A stretch of DNA of 64,000 bases from assembly GCA_965207885.1 (NCBI GenBank), contig OZ242311.1, positions 4,800,001-4,864,000 of the forward strand, in the 5' to 3' direction. Positions 9,076 to 19,238 of this stretch are shown here, piece after piece. The notes under the pieces were generated by a model that made no database searches, had not been told where the DNA came from, and saw only the letters and a list, made by a program, of their open reading frames with translations. Source of the DNA: Candidatus Latescibacterota bacterium. Its GTDB lineage: Bacteria > Latescibacterota > UBA2968. The position numbers were made by a program, and so were the translations under genes. The stretch's first letter is position 1; every line of letters starts with the position of its first letter.

Positions 9076-10221
9076 TCACGCATAGGCGGAAAGCCCGACT
9101 TCACTTGCATTGACAATACTGGGGGCTGCCTGTGGGGGATTGTCGCCGAGGAAGGGCAACACACCGTCCGGATCTTGCCAGGCGCCATAGCCATTCAGAA
9201 CACCAGCAACATTTGAGGCCGCCAAAGTGGCCATTCCCGAACGAGTCCATATTGTCGCCGATGCAATATGCGGTACAATGACCACATTGGGCAACTCTTT
9301 AAGCCCGGGTTTCATCAGGGGTTCGTCTTCAAATACATCAAGGCCGACTTTGAAATCGGGATGGGTTTGGCAGTGTGCGACCAGTGCGACTTCGTCGATG
9401 ACCGGGCCGCGGCTGGCGTTGATGAGTATCGCATTGTCCTTCATCAGTGCAAGACGCTCGGTGTTCATCAGGTGGAAGGTGGTGTCATCCAGTAGTGGAT
9501 GTAAGCTGACCACATCGGCAACTCTCAACACGTCTTCGACCGAGTCCAAACGCCGACAGGTTATGGGTTCATCGCCTTGAGCTTTTAAGAATTCGCCATA
9601 AGCCGCGATATAATTTTCCATGTATTCATTGGGGTACGGGTCAAAATAAACCACGTTCATCTTGAACCCTTCGGACATCATTTTGGCATAAGCACAGCCG
9701 ATGCGACCAGCGCCAATTACGCCGACTGTTTTCCCGGTCATCAATTCGCCCAGATAAAGCGTGGGCAACCAGCCGTGATATTTTTCGGCGCGCATAAAAG
9801 CATCGGCTTCGATTACCCGACGCGCTGCTGAAAAGGTGAGGGAGACGGCCATTTCCGCGGTGGTCTCGGTCAATACACCCGGCGTATTGCCCACCGGTAT
9901 GCCGTATTTTGTCGCTACGCCAACATCTACATTATTGTATCCCACGGCATAGTTGGAATACGCTTTGCCTCCCGCATTCTTGAGGGCGGTAAACAGTTCT
10001 TCACCCCACTTTTCCGTCAATTGTCCGATTACGGCATCGCATTGATCGCCGATTTTGTCTTTGATTTCTTCGACACTCAAAATTTCTGTGGATGTGCCAA
10101 TCTCTACGCGGCAATCAGCAGCGGTGAGTATCCCAAGCCAGCGGTCGCCGGGCAATTCTTTGGTTACGACTACGCGCTTGCTGCCCGATTCGTTGTGTGT
10201 TCTCCAGTCATTGGTGCTCAA
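9076..10221 (-). CDS. Hydroxypyruvate reductase / D-glycerate dehydrogenase, plant HPR1-like
   Basis: D-2-hydroxyacid dehydrogenase motifs (GAGRIG, N.SRG, LDVFEDEP, PHIAS) plus VIGQLTE.WGE.LF and AYG.FLK segments typical of plant HPR1. TTG start with AAGGAGG RBS. Confidence 0.88.
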   Translation of the reverse strand: MSTNDWRTHNESGSKRVVVTKELPGDRWLGILTAADCRVEIGTSTEILSVEEIKDKIGDQCDAVIGQLTEKWGEELFTALKNAGGKAYSNYAVGYNNVDVGVATKYGIPVGNTPGVLTETTAEMAVSLTFSAARRVIEADAFMRAEKYHGWLPTLYLGELMTGKTVGVIGAGRIGCAYAKMMSEGFKMNVVYFDPYPNEYMENYIAAYGEFLKAQGDEPITCRRLDSVEDVLRVADVVSLHPLLDDTTFHLMNTERLALMKDNAILINASRGPVIDEVALVAHCQTHPDFKVGLDVFEDEPLMKPGLKELPNVVIVPHIASATIWTRSGMATLAASNVAGVLNGYGAWQDPDGVLPFLGDNPPQAAPSIVNASEVGLSAYA

Positions 10222-10271
10222 AATACATCCTCCTTAAATTATGCGTTTTATTTAGAAAATTGCGAATGCGA

Positions 10272-10300
10272 AATATAACCAATCAAAGCGTTTGTTTCAA
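10272..10300 (-). promoter_or_regulatory. Putative sigma70 promoter for the HPR-dusA unit
   Basis: TTGAAA-17 nt-TATATT on the minus strand. Confidence 0.5.
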
Positions 10301-10343
10301 GAAAATCTCGTTTTGTATTAGAGGCTGGTGGTTGGTAGATAGT

Positions 10344-13300
10344 CTAAGCGTTTTCGACTATAGGCTCGATATCCAGAACCCTGCGGTCGAGTTTGGGGGG
10401 TGTTCCTTTACCATTGAGCCAGTAGTTAGCCATTTTTTTGGCAGCGGCCATCTTGGGCCAGATTACCTCGCGGTAGCCCCGTACGTCGTCGGGCAGGCGC
10501 AATGCTTTCACATAAGTATCGTACCGCTCTGTATTGTTAAAATCAAAATTATCTACCAGATCGATATACCAGTCTCGATAGTTTTTTTCTTCGCGATGCC
10601 AGGCGGGAAGCCTGCGTAAAAAGCGCGCCCGTTTCATGATATTGAGCATCCAGTCGCGGGTTTGAATATCGAATCTGATGTCCAGTCCCAGGACGGTGAA
10701 ATGCGGTCGGGTTAAATGCCTGTAAGAAATCTGATCTCCGCGATCTGGATCGACATCGTAACGCGCACGGTCGCGGCGATACTTTTCCTCGCTTGTCAAT
10801 AGATGAGCCACGTAGATTTCATCTTTATAGGCCATCACGCGCGCGAGAAAGCGCACTACAGCATTGGTTGCGCGATACTGATATAGGGCGTTGTCGCGGT
10901 CATAAATATTTTTTACGCGGACGACATAAGACTGTGCGTATTCGATGCCACCCCATTGGATGAGGTCGTAAACGCCGAGGGCAAATTGCAATTTTGTCGC
11001 GTCGGAAAGAGACCAGTTGGCGACTGTCTCTGAGAGGGTGCGATAGGTCTCGGCCAATTTTTCGCCCCGCGTTTTGGCCAAAATTTCCGTTTTATCGTCA
11101 ATGAGGCCCCTGTATGTGGTTACGGGTTTGGGTTTGAAAAATGCATCGGGATCCAACGCGGCTTTGCGCCCCATCTCAAATGCTTTGAGATTGGCTTCGA
11201 GTTCATTCGATTTGATATTTTGCTTCATTGCCCACCGGATATTTTCCAGCGTGAGGGGCAATGCGCCCCGTTGAAATGCCGCGCCCAGCAAGATGCTATT
11301 GGCATAGATTTTATTGCCCAGGTATCGTTCAGAGATTTCGCCGAGGTCCATCCCAAAATACGTGTCGGAATTGGTATAACGCCGCAACATATCCTCCAGA
11401 TGATCTGTATCAAAATCATCTCGGCCAATCATCGACAAAATGGTTTCGCGCTTGCCGGTTTCCACGACGGCTGTGGTGCGCTGAGGGCTACCTACGCGAC
11501 CGGTTCCATTCGGATCTAACCCGCGCACGGCCTCCAGAATGTCCAATCCCAACAGCAAGTCTGCATGCCCGTAGGGTGTCAATTGCGAAATCACCCGCTC
11601 GTCTTTGGTAAAACTGACGTGCGAATACACGCCGCCGTTGCGGATAGCCAGTCCTTTTTTGTTGGTGAATCGAACGGTATATCCCTGTTTCGCGCCTGCA
11701 ACGGCGATAATCGCAGAAATGGTATTGATGCCCATGCCGCCTACGCCAGCTACATAAGCGTACCAGGCCGTATCAAAGTCGCGGGATTTGGGTTCGGGAA
11801 TATTCGAGAGGTCGATTGATTCAGTTTGCACCTCGGGCGCGCGCGACCGGTGAACGGTCAGGCGTTCAAAAGAGGGACACGTTTTATCGCCATTTGCTAC
11901 TTCGACCTTTGTACACGCTCCATCTGCAACGCACAAAGATAAATCGGTTGCGACTTTTGGACCGTGAAGCGATTCTTCTACGGTCAAGCCGCTACACCCG
12001 GTTGCCTGCGTGCATTCCAGACAATATTCACAGACTTCTGGCGTGATGTTGATGTGGGTTTCTTCCGACAGAAATCCCTTGTCTCGAACGGTCTGAATCT
12101 GCTCTGCGCGCACGCGACGGTAATATGTGATGCCACACTCTTTGTCGGCAATGACAATTTTGACGCCGTCTTTTAGAAGTGCTTGTTCCAGGACATCGCG
12201 ATATGCCTCCCGATTTTCCGGATTCATGCGGGCGACCATCACCGGACCATTTGTGCCGCCACCCAAACCGCGCACGACCTGTTCGATATCCTGAGCAAAG
12301 GTCGGGCGTCCCATCAGGTCAATATCTACCCCTGGCGTGGGCTGGTGACCCGTCATTGCCGTGGTCTTATTGTCTAAAATGACATAGGTAATATCTTGTC
12401 CGTGTTTAATCGAATCGGAAATCGCTGCCATTCCGCTGTGGAAAAATGTCGAATCGCCCATGAACACGAGTTGTTTGTTGTCGATAAAAGGATCGATACC
12501 CGCACCCGTACCACCACCGAGTCCCATTCCCGACAAATTGTGCATCAGCCGGTTAAATGGCTCGTATTTCAATAGGGAATAACATCCGATATCTCCGTGA
12601 AAAATCAGATCCGTCGGATCTGTGCCGTGCTTGCGCTGCATATAATCGCCATCTTGGAAATCATCGATCATCTTGTCCAGCACACTGGCTGAATCTCGGT
12701 GCGGGCAGCCCGGACAAAACGATGGTGTGCGAACCGATGCGCTCAGGTCATAAGTTTCTGTCTGAGCCATCAAGGCGACAACGGCATCAATGCGCTCGGC
12801 ATCTACGGGCACTGTGGGATCGTCGAGCGATTTCAACACTGGGGCCAGCACATTGAGTGTGATGCTCGGATTCAGGCCACAACTATCTGGAAAACCGCGT
12901 CCATGGGGAAAGCGTTTGCCCCATATTTGAAATGCCTTTGTTTTGCTGGCTTGATACAAGTTTTGCAAGGCAGTGGCAATTTGTTCTTCCAGAAAACCGC
13001 GTTTTTCTTCCACCACGTAAATTTCATCGACCATATTTGTAAATTCGCGCAAGATCTCCGAATCAATCGGATACGTAATCCCGTATTTCAAAATGGGAAT
13101 GCTACCCCCCAACCCAACCATATTGAGCGCGTGTTCCAAATAACAATAGGCCAAACTGCTGGTGACAAAGCCGATCCGCTTTTTGCCAGAGTCTGGCCGA
13201 TATAAAATTCGATTCAACCCGTATTCTTTTGCGAGGGTGAGCAGCTTGGGAAAACGCTGCTCGAGGACCTCCTTTTCTTTTATCACAGTATGTGGAGGGA

Positions 13301-13949
13301 TAATCACGCGATCATCTGGGGAAATCGTCTGTGGATCCAGGCGGATGGGATGGTTAAATGTTTTTTCGGGAAACTGGTTTGCGTGTACTTCGACCGTGCC
13401 TCCGCCATCTGCCTGATTGGATGTCACGAGGTAGGCGATATAAAGCCGGGTTTTTTCCGACAACTCAAAGGCTACTTTGATCCAGTCTTTCATTTCCTGA
13501 AAGGTGCTGGGTTCGAACAAGGGCATATACAGGTGTTTGGCAATAAAGCGAGAATCAGCAGGCACTTGCGTGCCCTCAGACCACGTATCATCGCCAAATA
13601 CAGCAACCGCAGCAGCGCCTTCACCTGTTCCGGCCATATTGCCCAGTGCCAACGCGTCTGAAGCGACGTGCGCGCCCACGCTTTTCATGACTGCGATGGC
13701 GCGAATAGATTCCATCTGCGCCCCATTGAGACGCGCTGCTCCCAGGGCTTCGTTGTTGGCAATTTGCACCATTACGCCTTTTTCCACCAACAACTCGCGG
13801 ATGCGCTCTGCTGCATCAAATACTTCTGCCACGGGTGATCCGGGATATCCCGTCATCAACCCCATGCCGCCTTCGAGGCTACCCTTGACAATCAATTCAT
13901 TGCCCGTAAAAATGCCCGTGCCTTTTTCAAATGTAAATCGAGGATCCAT
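10344..13949 (-). CDS. Indolepyruvate:ferredoxin oxidoreductase family, fused alpha/beta
   Basis: GYPGSP, FCPGCPH, DIGCY, GDSTFFHSG...N..TAMTG.Q TPP-binding motif, GVGGMG gamma domain, and DUF6537-like C-terminus with MAYKDE. Confidence 0.9.
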   Translation of the reverse strand: MDPRFTFEKGTGIFTGNELIVKGSLEGGMGLMTGYPGSPVAEVFDAAERIRELLVEKGVMVQIANNEALGAARLNGAQMESIRAIAVMKSVGAHVASDALALGNMAGTGEGAAAVAVFGDDTWSEGTQVPADSRFIAKHLYMPLFEPSTFQEMKDWIKVAFELSEKTRLYIAYLVTSNQADGGGTVEVHANQFPEKTFNHPIRLDPQTISPDDRVIIPPHTVIKEKEVLEQRFPKLLTLAKEYGLNRILYRPDSGKKRIGFVTSSLAYCYLEHALNMVGLGGSIPILKYGITYPIDSEILREFTNMVDEIYVVEEKRGFLEEQIATALQNLYQASKTKAFQIWGKRFPHGRGFPDSCGLNPSITLNVLAPVLKSLDDPTVPVDAERIDAVVALMAQTETYDLSASVRTPSFCPGCPHRDSASVLDKMIDDFQDGDYMQRKHGTDPTDLIFHGDIGCYSLLKYEPFNRLMHNLSGMGLGGGTGAGIDPFIDNKQLVFMGDSTFFHSGMAAISDSIKHGQDITYVILDNKTTAMTGHQPTPGVDIDLMGRPTFAQDIEQVVRGLGGGTNGPVMVARMNPENREAYRDVLEQALLKDGVKIVIADKECGITYYRRVRAEQIQTVRDKGFLSEETHINITPEVCEYCLECTQATGCSGLTVEESLHGPKVATDLSLCVADGACTKVEVANGDKTCPSFERLTVHRSRAPEVQTESIDLSNIPEPKSRDFDTAWYAYVAGVGGMGINTISAIIAVAGAKQGYTVRFTNKKGLAIRNGGVYSHVSFTKDERVISQLTPYGHADLLLGLDILEAVRGLDPNGTGRVGSPQRTTAVVETGKRETILSMIGRDDFDTDHLEDMLRRYTNSDTYFGMDLGEISERYLGNKIYANSILLGAAFQRGALPLTLENIRWAMKQNIKSNELEANLKAFEMGRKAALDPDAFFKPKPVTTYRGLIDDKTEILAKTRGEKLAETYRTLSETVANWSLSDATKLQFALGVYDLIQWGGIEYAQSYVVRVKNIYDRDNALYQYRATNAVVRFLARVMAYKDEIYVAHLLTSEEKYRRDRARYDVDPDRGDQISYRHLTRPHFTVLGLDIRFDIQTRDWMLNIMKRARFLRRLPAWHREEKNYRDWYIDLVDNFDFNNTERYDTYVKALRLPDDVRGYREVIWPKMAAAKKMANYWLNGKGTPPKLDRRVLDIEPIVENA

Positions 13950-13958
13950 CAATATCCT

Positions 13959-15332
13959 TTAGAATGCTGTGTCTTGCCAATTGGGATTGTAGAGTTCACC
14001 CGACATGGTCGAGTGTACCAGTTCGTAAACGCCGGTTCCGCGGCGATCAAAAAATATAAAAATATATCGTCCCGACTTTTCGTAAGTCCAGGTATCTATG
14101 GCTTTTCCTATCGCAGCCGATGTGGTATAATCGCGCTCGCTGGGCGGCCCGTATTTGATATAAACACGTCCTTTGTCTGTCTCTGATCCCCGCTTGCCCG
14201 GTTGTGATGTAAACGTATCATCGGAGTATTTCATGCGATTTATATGGTCTCGAAGCCGTTCATTTAAGGGCGTCTTTGGGGTCGGATCCAGTTTTTTCCA
14301 AAATGTCCGGAGGAATTTCATTTTCGAATCCTGTGTTGGCAAAGATTCGTAAAGACCGAGATCTTTTTCAGACGCAATGTGATGAATGGTTTGAAAATAT
14401 CGCAATTGTTCCTGTTGTGCCTCCGTCAATTGTGGATTTTCATTTTCATCTGAAATGAGAAAGACTTTGCGTTTATGTCGCACATGTTCGCGCGTGCTGC
14501 GGTCAAATAACTCGATTTGCAAATCGTACGCGCCGCCAGATAGTCCTTCTGTTTCCAGAACGTCTGTTTTTACCACGCTTTCGCCGGGCTTAATCAGTCG
14601 CTTTGCCGGATACGATTTGACAACGACATCGGCGGTGTCGAGCAAGCTATATCCCAAAACAAATGAATCATTGGGATTGTTGGGCATGACCTTGAAGTTG
14701 TAAACCTCAAAGTAGATCTGTATTGGTTTACCCACGCGGAAGAAGCGCGTTGTATTGGGGACGACGTGCCATCCATTTTTGACAAAGCGCCCGGCAGATT
14801 CGGCTTTTTTCAATTCCGAAGCGAATACCACATCGCTTACGACCAACTCAGTACCCTCAAAACGACGCACGCGCATATTCCCTTCACAGGCACCTGAAAT
14901 ATCTCCGTAAATATCTTCGGCTGTCAGTGTCATTTTGTAGGGACCAGGCGCAATATCAACGGCGATGATATCGCGCACCAGCGCACCATTTTGTTTCAAT
15001 TCTCGGATATTTACTACCGAAACATTTCGCGTCCACAACTCTTGCACTGTGGGATTTCCCGCGGAGTCTTGCAGAGAAAGCTCAAAGTCAATTTGGGATA
15101 CGTATTTGCCATCTTCGGGTACAAACTGCAATTGTCGCGCATCGATTAATGTATAGACTTCCAGACGCGTGAGGTTTTGAGGTCCCCGAAATGCAGCGGT
15201 TTCGGCAAAAACGCGCAATTCGCCCTTTGAGCGCAAAGGCATATCCCGATATACTGGTGCATCCTCTTGCCCATATGCCGTTGTCCAGAAACAGGCGGCG
15301 ACTATCGCAACATACCATTTTATGAGACGCAT
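13959..15332 (-). CDS. GWxTD domain-containing secreted protein
   Basis: Signal peptide; FW...DPTP.TP.NE and GSETDKGRVYIKYGPP motifs. Confidence 0.82.
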   Translation of the reverse strand: MRLIKWYVAIVAACFWTTAYGQEDAPVYRDMPLRSKGELRVFAETAAFRGPQNLTRLEVYTLIDARQLQFVPEDGKYVSQIDFELSLQDSAGNPTVQELWTRNVSVVNIRELKQNGALVRDIIAVDIAPGPYKMTLTAEDIYGDISGACEGNMRVRRFEGTELVVSDVVFASELKKAESAGRFVKNGWHVVPNTTRFFRVGKPIQIYFEVYNFKVMPNNPNDSFVLGYSLLDTADVVVKSYPAKRLIKPGESVVKTDVLETEGLSGGAYDLQIELFDRSTREHVRHKRKVFLISDENENPQLTEAQQEQLRYFQTIHHIASEKDLGLYESLPTQDSKMKFLRTFWKKLDPTPKTPLNERLRDHINRMKYSDDTFTSQPGKRGSETDKGRVYIKYGPPSERDYTTSAAIGKAIDTWTYEKSGRYIFIFFDRRGTGVYELVHSTMSGELYNPNWQDTAF

Positions 15333-15385
15333 GACGATCCTCCAGGTGTTATATACCACAATTCCCCGGCTGGTATTGTAAGAAC

Positions 15386-15414
15386 AGTATAAAAAGTTGA
15401 GAAAATGGAATCAA
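15386..15414 (-). promoter_or_regulatory. Putative sigma70 promoter for the GWxTD gene
   Basis: TTGATT-17 nt-TATACT. Confidence 0.5.
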
Positions 15415-15420
15415 GCGTTA

Positions 15421-16305
15421 TCAAGCCACTTGATCTGCGGCGTGGTAGGAACTGCGCACCAGTGGGCCGGATTCGACATGCCGAAAACCCAGTGTGAGCG
15501 CGAATTGTTTGAGCTCCAAAAATTCATCGGGATGGTAAAAGCGCGCCACAGGAACGTGTTGAGCAGACGGTTGCAGATATTGGCCTATTGTGAGAATATC
15601 TGTTTTGCAATCTGCGATATCTCGTGTCGTCTGGCGCACTTCGGCCGGGGTTTCGCCCGCGCCGACCATAATACCCGATTTTGTAGGCATATTGCGCCCC
15701 ATTGCTTTGGCCCGTTTCAAAAGTGCCAGCGACCTGTCGTACTTTGCCTGGGGACGCATGGTTTTATACAGGCGCGGTACGGTTTCGACATTGTGGTTTA
15801 AGATATCGGGTGCTGCTTCTATGACCATGTGCAATGCCCGCCAATTGCCCTGAAAATCCGGGATTAAGACTTCGACCTTTGTGTGTCTGCACAACCGCCG
15901 AATCGCATATATCGTTTCGGCAAAAATGCGCGCCCCCCCGTCTGGGAGTTCATCGCGGTTGACCGATGTGACCACTGCATGCCGCAATCCCATAGTCTGC
16001 ACGGCTTCGGCGACCCGTTCGGGTTCTTCGGTATCAAGGCCCTCTGGACGACCGGTTTTTACCGCGCAAAATCCACAACTCCGCGTACACACATCTCCCA
16101 GAATCATAAATGTCGCCGTGCCCGAGTTCCAGCATTCGCCGATATTGGGACAGCGCGCACTTTCGCACACTGTGTGGAGATTTAACCCGCGCATCAAGTT
16201 TTTCAACGCGCGGTATCCCTCACTGCCCGGGGCTGGTACGCGAAACCATTCGGGCAGTCGCCTTCGGCGCACGGGAGGTGTTTCAATGTCCATCAAGCCA
16301 TTCAT
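15421..16305 (-). CDS. lipA: Lipoyl synthase
   Basis: CESARCPNIGEC, CTRSCGFC and RSSYHA motifs. Confidence 0.96.
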   Translation of the reverse strand: MNGLMDIETPPVRRRRLPEWFRVPAPGSEGYRALKNLMRGLNLHTVCESARCPNIGECWNSGTATFMILGDVCTRSCGFCAVKTGRPEGLDTEEPERVAEAVQTMGLRHAVVTSVNRDELPDGGARIFAETIYAIRRLCRHTKVEVLIPDFQGNWRALHMVIEAAPDILNHNVETVPRLYKTMRPQAKYDRSLALLKRAKAMGRNMPTKSGIMVGAGETPAEVRQTTRDIADCKTDILTIGQYLQPSAQHVPVARFYHPDEFLELKQFALTLGFRHVESGPLVRSSYHAADQVA

Positions 16306-17681
16306 TGCACCCTCCGCCCGGTCAGTGTGCGCAAAGTTGTCTGGGTAATCTCGACATTGGTCAGCGCGTTGTCTGCGACGCCCTCACGGGGAAATACAAC
16401 TGTCTTAAAACCATCGGATTTTCCCACGGCGAAACCCTCGCCTTTGCGGGCATTTCCCTGTACTAAAACCTCGAGCTTGCGACCAATATAAGTCGCATTG
16501 ATTTCTTCAGAAATGCGATTTTGTTGTGCTATAATGGTTTCGAGTCTTTTTACCTTTTCCTCTTCTGGTACCGTATCGGGCATCTCGCGGAAAGCGACTG
16601 TGCCTTTTCGAGCAGAATACTTAAACATAAACGCGGAATCATAACGCACCTGCGCCATTAATTCCAGCGTAGCTTCAAAGTCGGTTTGGGTTTCACCGGA
16701 AAAACCGGCGATAATATCTGTACTCAAACACAGATCTGGCATTGCGCTGCGCAAATCATCTACCAGGGCGAGATAGTCTTCGACCGTATAGCTGCGTTTC
16801 ATCGCTTTTAGAACGCGGTTTGACCCCGATTGCACAGGCAAATGAATAAAGCGACAAATTTTCTTTTCACGCGCCATTATTTCAATGAATTTTTCAGAGA
16901 AATCACTCGGATGGGGCGAGGTAAAGCGAATGCGGTCAATGCCGTCTATGCGCGCAATCATCGAAAGCAGATCGACAAAATCACAGGTGCCATCGCGATA
17001 AGAATTGACGGTTTGTCCCAATAAGGTGACTTCTCGAAAACCCGCATCGGCGGCGGCACGAGCCTGTCTGACAATTTCGCGCGCTGGCACACTGCGCTCT
17101 CTGCCACGCACGTAGGGCACGATGCAGAATGTGCAAAACTTATCGCATCCGCGCATAATGGTAATCCAGGCATTGCTGCCCTCTTCGCGCAAGGGATCGA
17201 TGTCCATATAATATTCGCCGCGATCCAAACGCACATCCAGAGCGGAATCGCCACGCGCTTCGGCGATGAGTTCGGGTAGTCGCCGATATGAATCTGGCCC
17301 CACGACGAGATCGACGTAGGGGGCGTCGTTCATCAGGGACTCTGAAACGTGCTTGGCCATGCACCCCGATACCCCCATAATCAGGTCTGGACGCCGATAC
17401 TTCAGCTTGCGCAATTGCCCCAATCTGCCCCTTATTCGCTCTTCGGCGTGTTCGCGTATCGCGCAGGTGTTCAGCACAATGACATCGGCATCTTCCGGGC
17501 GATGGGCAGAGGTATAGCCCGATTGCTTCAAAATGCCCTGCATCAGTTCTGTATCCGATACATTCATCTGGCAACCGTACGTCTCGATAAAAACCTTTTG
17601 CCCAGACATGGGCGCAACAGGTATATCGGGCTCGGTTTGTACGGCGCGACCGTCTAATTCGATATCGAGCAATGCGCTCAC
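16302..17681 (-). CDS. miaB: tRNA-2-methylthio-N6-isopentenyladenosine synthase
   Basis: TYGCQMN, NTCAIRE, GCDKFCTFC and a TRAM C-terminus. Confidence 0.95.
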   Translation of the reverse strand: MSALLDIELDGRAVQTEPDIPVAPMSGQKVFIETYGCQMNVSDTELMQGILKQSGYTSAHRPEDADVIVLNTCAIREHAEERIRGRLGQLRKLKYRRPDLIMGVSGCMAKHVSESLMNDAPYVDLVVGPDSYRRLPELIAEARGDSALDVRLDRGEYYMDIDPLREEGSNAWITIMRGCDKFCTFCIVPYVRGRERSVPAREIVRQARAAADAGFREVTLLGQTVNSYRDGTCDFVDLLSMIARIDGIDRIRFTSPHPSDFSEKFIEIMAREKKICRFIHLPVQSGSNRVLKAMKRSYTVEDYLALVDDLRSAMPDLCLSTDIIAGFSGETQTDFEATLELMAQVRYDSAFMFKYSARKGTVAFREMPDTVPEEEKVKRLETIIAQQNRISEEINATYIGRKLEVLVQGNARKGEGFAVGKSDGFKTVVFPREGVADNALTNVEITQTTLRTLTGRRVQ

Positions 17682-18805
17682 GTTCGTTTCCTTTTTATTT
17701 TGTTTCTTGCCAAACGCATCTCTTCAATTACTTCTGCATCGCGTTCACGCAATAGTGCTTTATCAAGTGCCCGTCTCGCCCGCGCACCCCCAATTTTGCC
17801 CAGTGCCCAGGCCGCGTGTTGTCGCACGAGTGGCTCATCATCTTTCAGGGCATTTGCCAGGGCGGGAACTTCAGATTTGCTTCCCACATTGCCCAGTGCT
17901 ATGGCAACATTTCGCAATAATCCACGCCGTTTGGCGCGTTTGATCGGGCTGTTTTTGAATCGCTTTGAAAAAGCCTCTTGATCCATGTGGAGCAAGTCGG
18001 TTAGCGCGGGCGCATTCAAACCCTCGCGCGCTTGAAAAGCATTTTCAGAGGTTGGTTTTGCGTGTTTGAGATTCCAGGGGCATACTTCCTGGCAGATATC
18101 ACATCCAAAGACCCAGTTGTCTATATCCGATCTCAAATCCCGCGGAATAGCGCCTTTCAATTCAATGGTCAAATAGGAAATACACCGCCGCGAATCCACG
18201 ACATAAGGTTCTGGAATGGCATCTGTTGGACACGCGTCCAGGCACTGCGTACAGGTGCCGCAGTGATCGAGTTGCGGGCGATCAACTTTGAGATCGAGAT
18301 TTAGAATAATCTCGCCCAAAAAAAACCAGGAACCGCGACCCTTGTCAATCAAGCAGGTGTGTTTCCCAAACCAGCCCAGCCCGGCTCGAGCGGCGAAATC
18401 GCGCTCCAAAACAGGTCCGGTATCGACATAGACCCGCCCCTCAGCAGAGGGTTCGATTTGCTGAATTTCAGATAGGAGTTGTAGCAAGCGGTCTTTCATG
18501 ACGGTGTGATAATCATCGCCACGCGCATAGCGCGCAATCTGCCCTTTGGGCTCACCGCCATTATCAGACCCATCGGAACGGGGCTGATAATTGAGACCCA
18601 CGCACAGTACTGATTTGGCGTCTGGAAATATCTGGCGAATATTTGAACGCCGATCCAGATTGCGAGCCAAATACCCCATTTCCCCCGCGTAGCCCATTCC
18701 CAACCACTTTTGATAAAATGCCCAGTGTTGCGGGGGATCTACGGATGCAATCCCCACGGGATCAAATCCCAAACGCCGCGCCGCGTTCTTAATCCGGTGG
18801 GTCAT
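17678..18805 (-). CDS. queG: Epoxyqueuosine reductase with HEAT-repeat tail
   Basis: YARGDDYH, VDTGP, CGTCTQCLDACPT, CISYLTIE and GCDICQEVCPWN motifs. Confidence 0.94.
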   Translation of the reverse strand: MTHRIKNAARRLGFDPVGIASVDPPQHWAFYQKWLGMGYAGEMGYLARNLDRRSNIRQIFPDAKSVLCVGLNYQPRSDGSDNGGEPKGQIARYARGDDYHTVMKDRLLQLLSEIQQIEPSAEGRVYVDTGPVLERDFAARAGLGWFGKHTCLIDKGRGSWFFLGEIILNLDLKVDRPQLDHCGTCTQCLDACPTDAIPEPYVVDSRRCISYLTIELKGAIPRDLRSDIDNWVFGCDICQEVCPWNLKHAKPTSENAFQAREGLNAPALTDLLHMDQEAFSKRFKNSPIKRAKRRGLLRNVAIALGNVGSKSEVPALANALKDDEPLVRQHAAWALGKIGGARARRALDKALLRERDAEVIEEMRLARNKIKRKRT

Positions 18806-18859
18806 GCAGGCACTCCAAAAATAGAGGGCAGGACACAACAATGCCCTGCCCCGTGATTC

Positions 18860-19234
18860 TCAGGTCTGACGAGCCAGTTTGCCAAGTGCGTTGTGAACCG
18901 CATCTACCGCCAGATCAGCGGCGTGTTTTCGCGTGGGGGGCAAGCCGCCAAGCGCGGTCTCGATATCACCGCGAGCGATTTTGCACGCTTGAATGGGCGT
19001 TTTGCCAACCACCCATTCCGTGAGCACAGATCCCGAAGCAATGGTCGCAGCACATCCCTGTGCGCGGAAGAGCGCGCGATCAATAACGCCGTCTTTGATG
19101 GCAAGATGCAGGGATAGGGTCGTCCCCGAAGCGGGATTTTCTGCAAATCCAGTCGCATCGGGGGTGTCCAATGCGCCGACATTTTTGGGATGTTCAAAAT
19201 GATCCCGTAAGATCGTGGAGTAACCGTCAGACAT
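18860..19234 (-). CDS. IscU/NifU-N-like scaffold homolog, degenerate Cys set
   Basis: YS...DHF..PKNVG, F..QGCAATIASGS and LGGLP..RKH motifs. Confidence 0.8.
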   Translation of the reverse strand: MSDGYSTILRDHFEHPKNVGALDTPDATGFAENPASGTTLSLHLAIKDGVIDRALFRAQGCAATIASGSVLTEWVVGKTPIQACKIARGDIETALGGLPPTRKHAADLAVDAVHNALGKLARQT

Positions 19235-19238
19235 GGAA

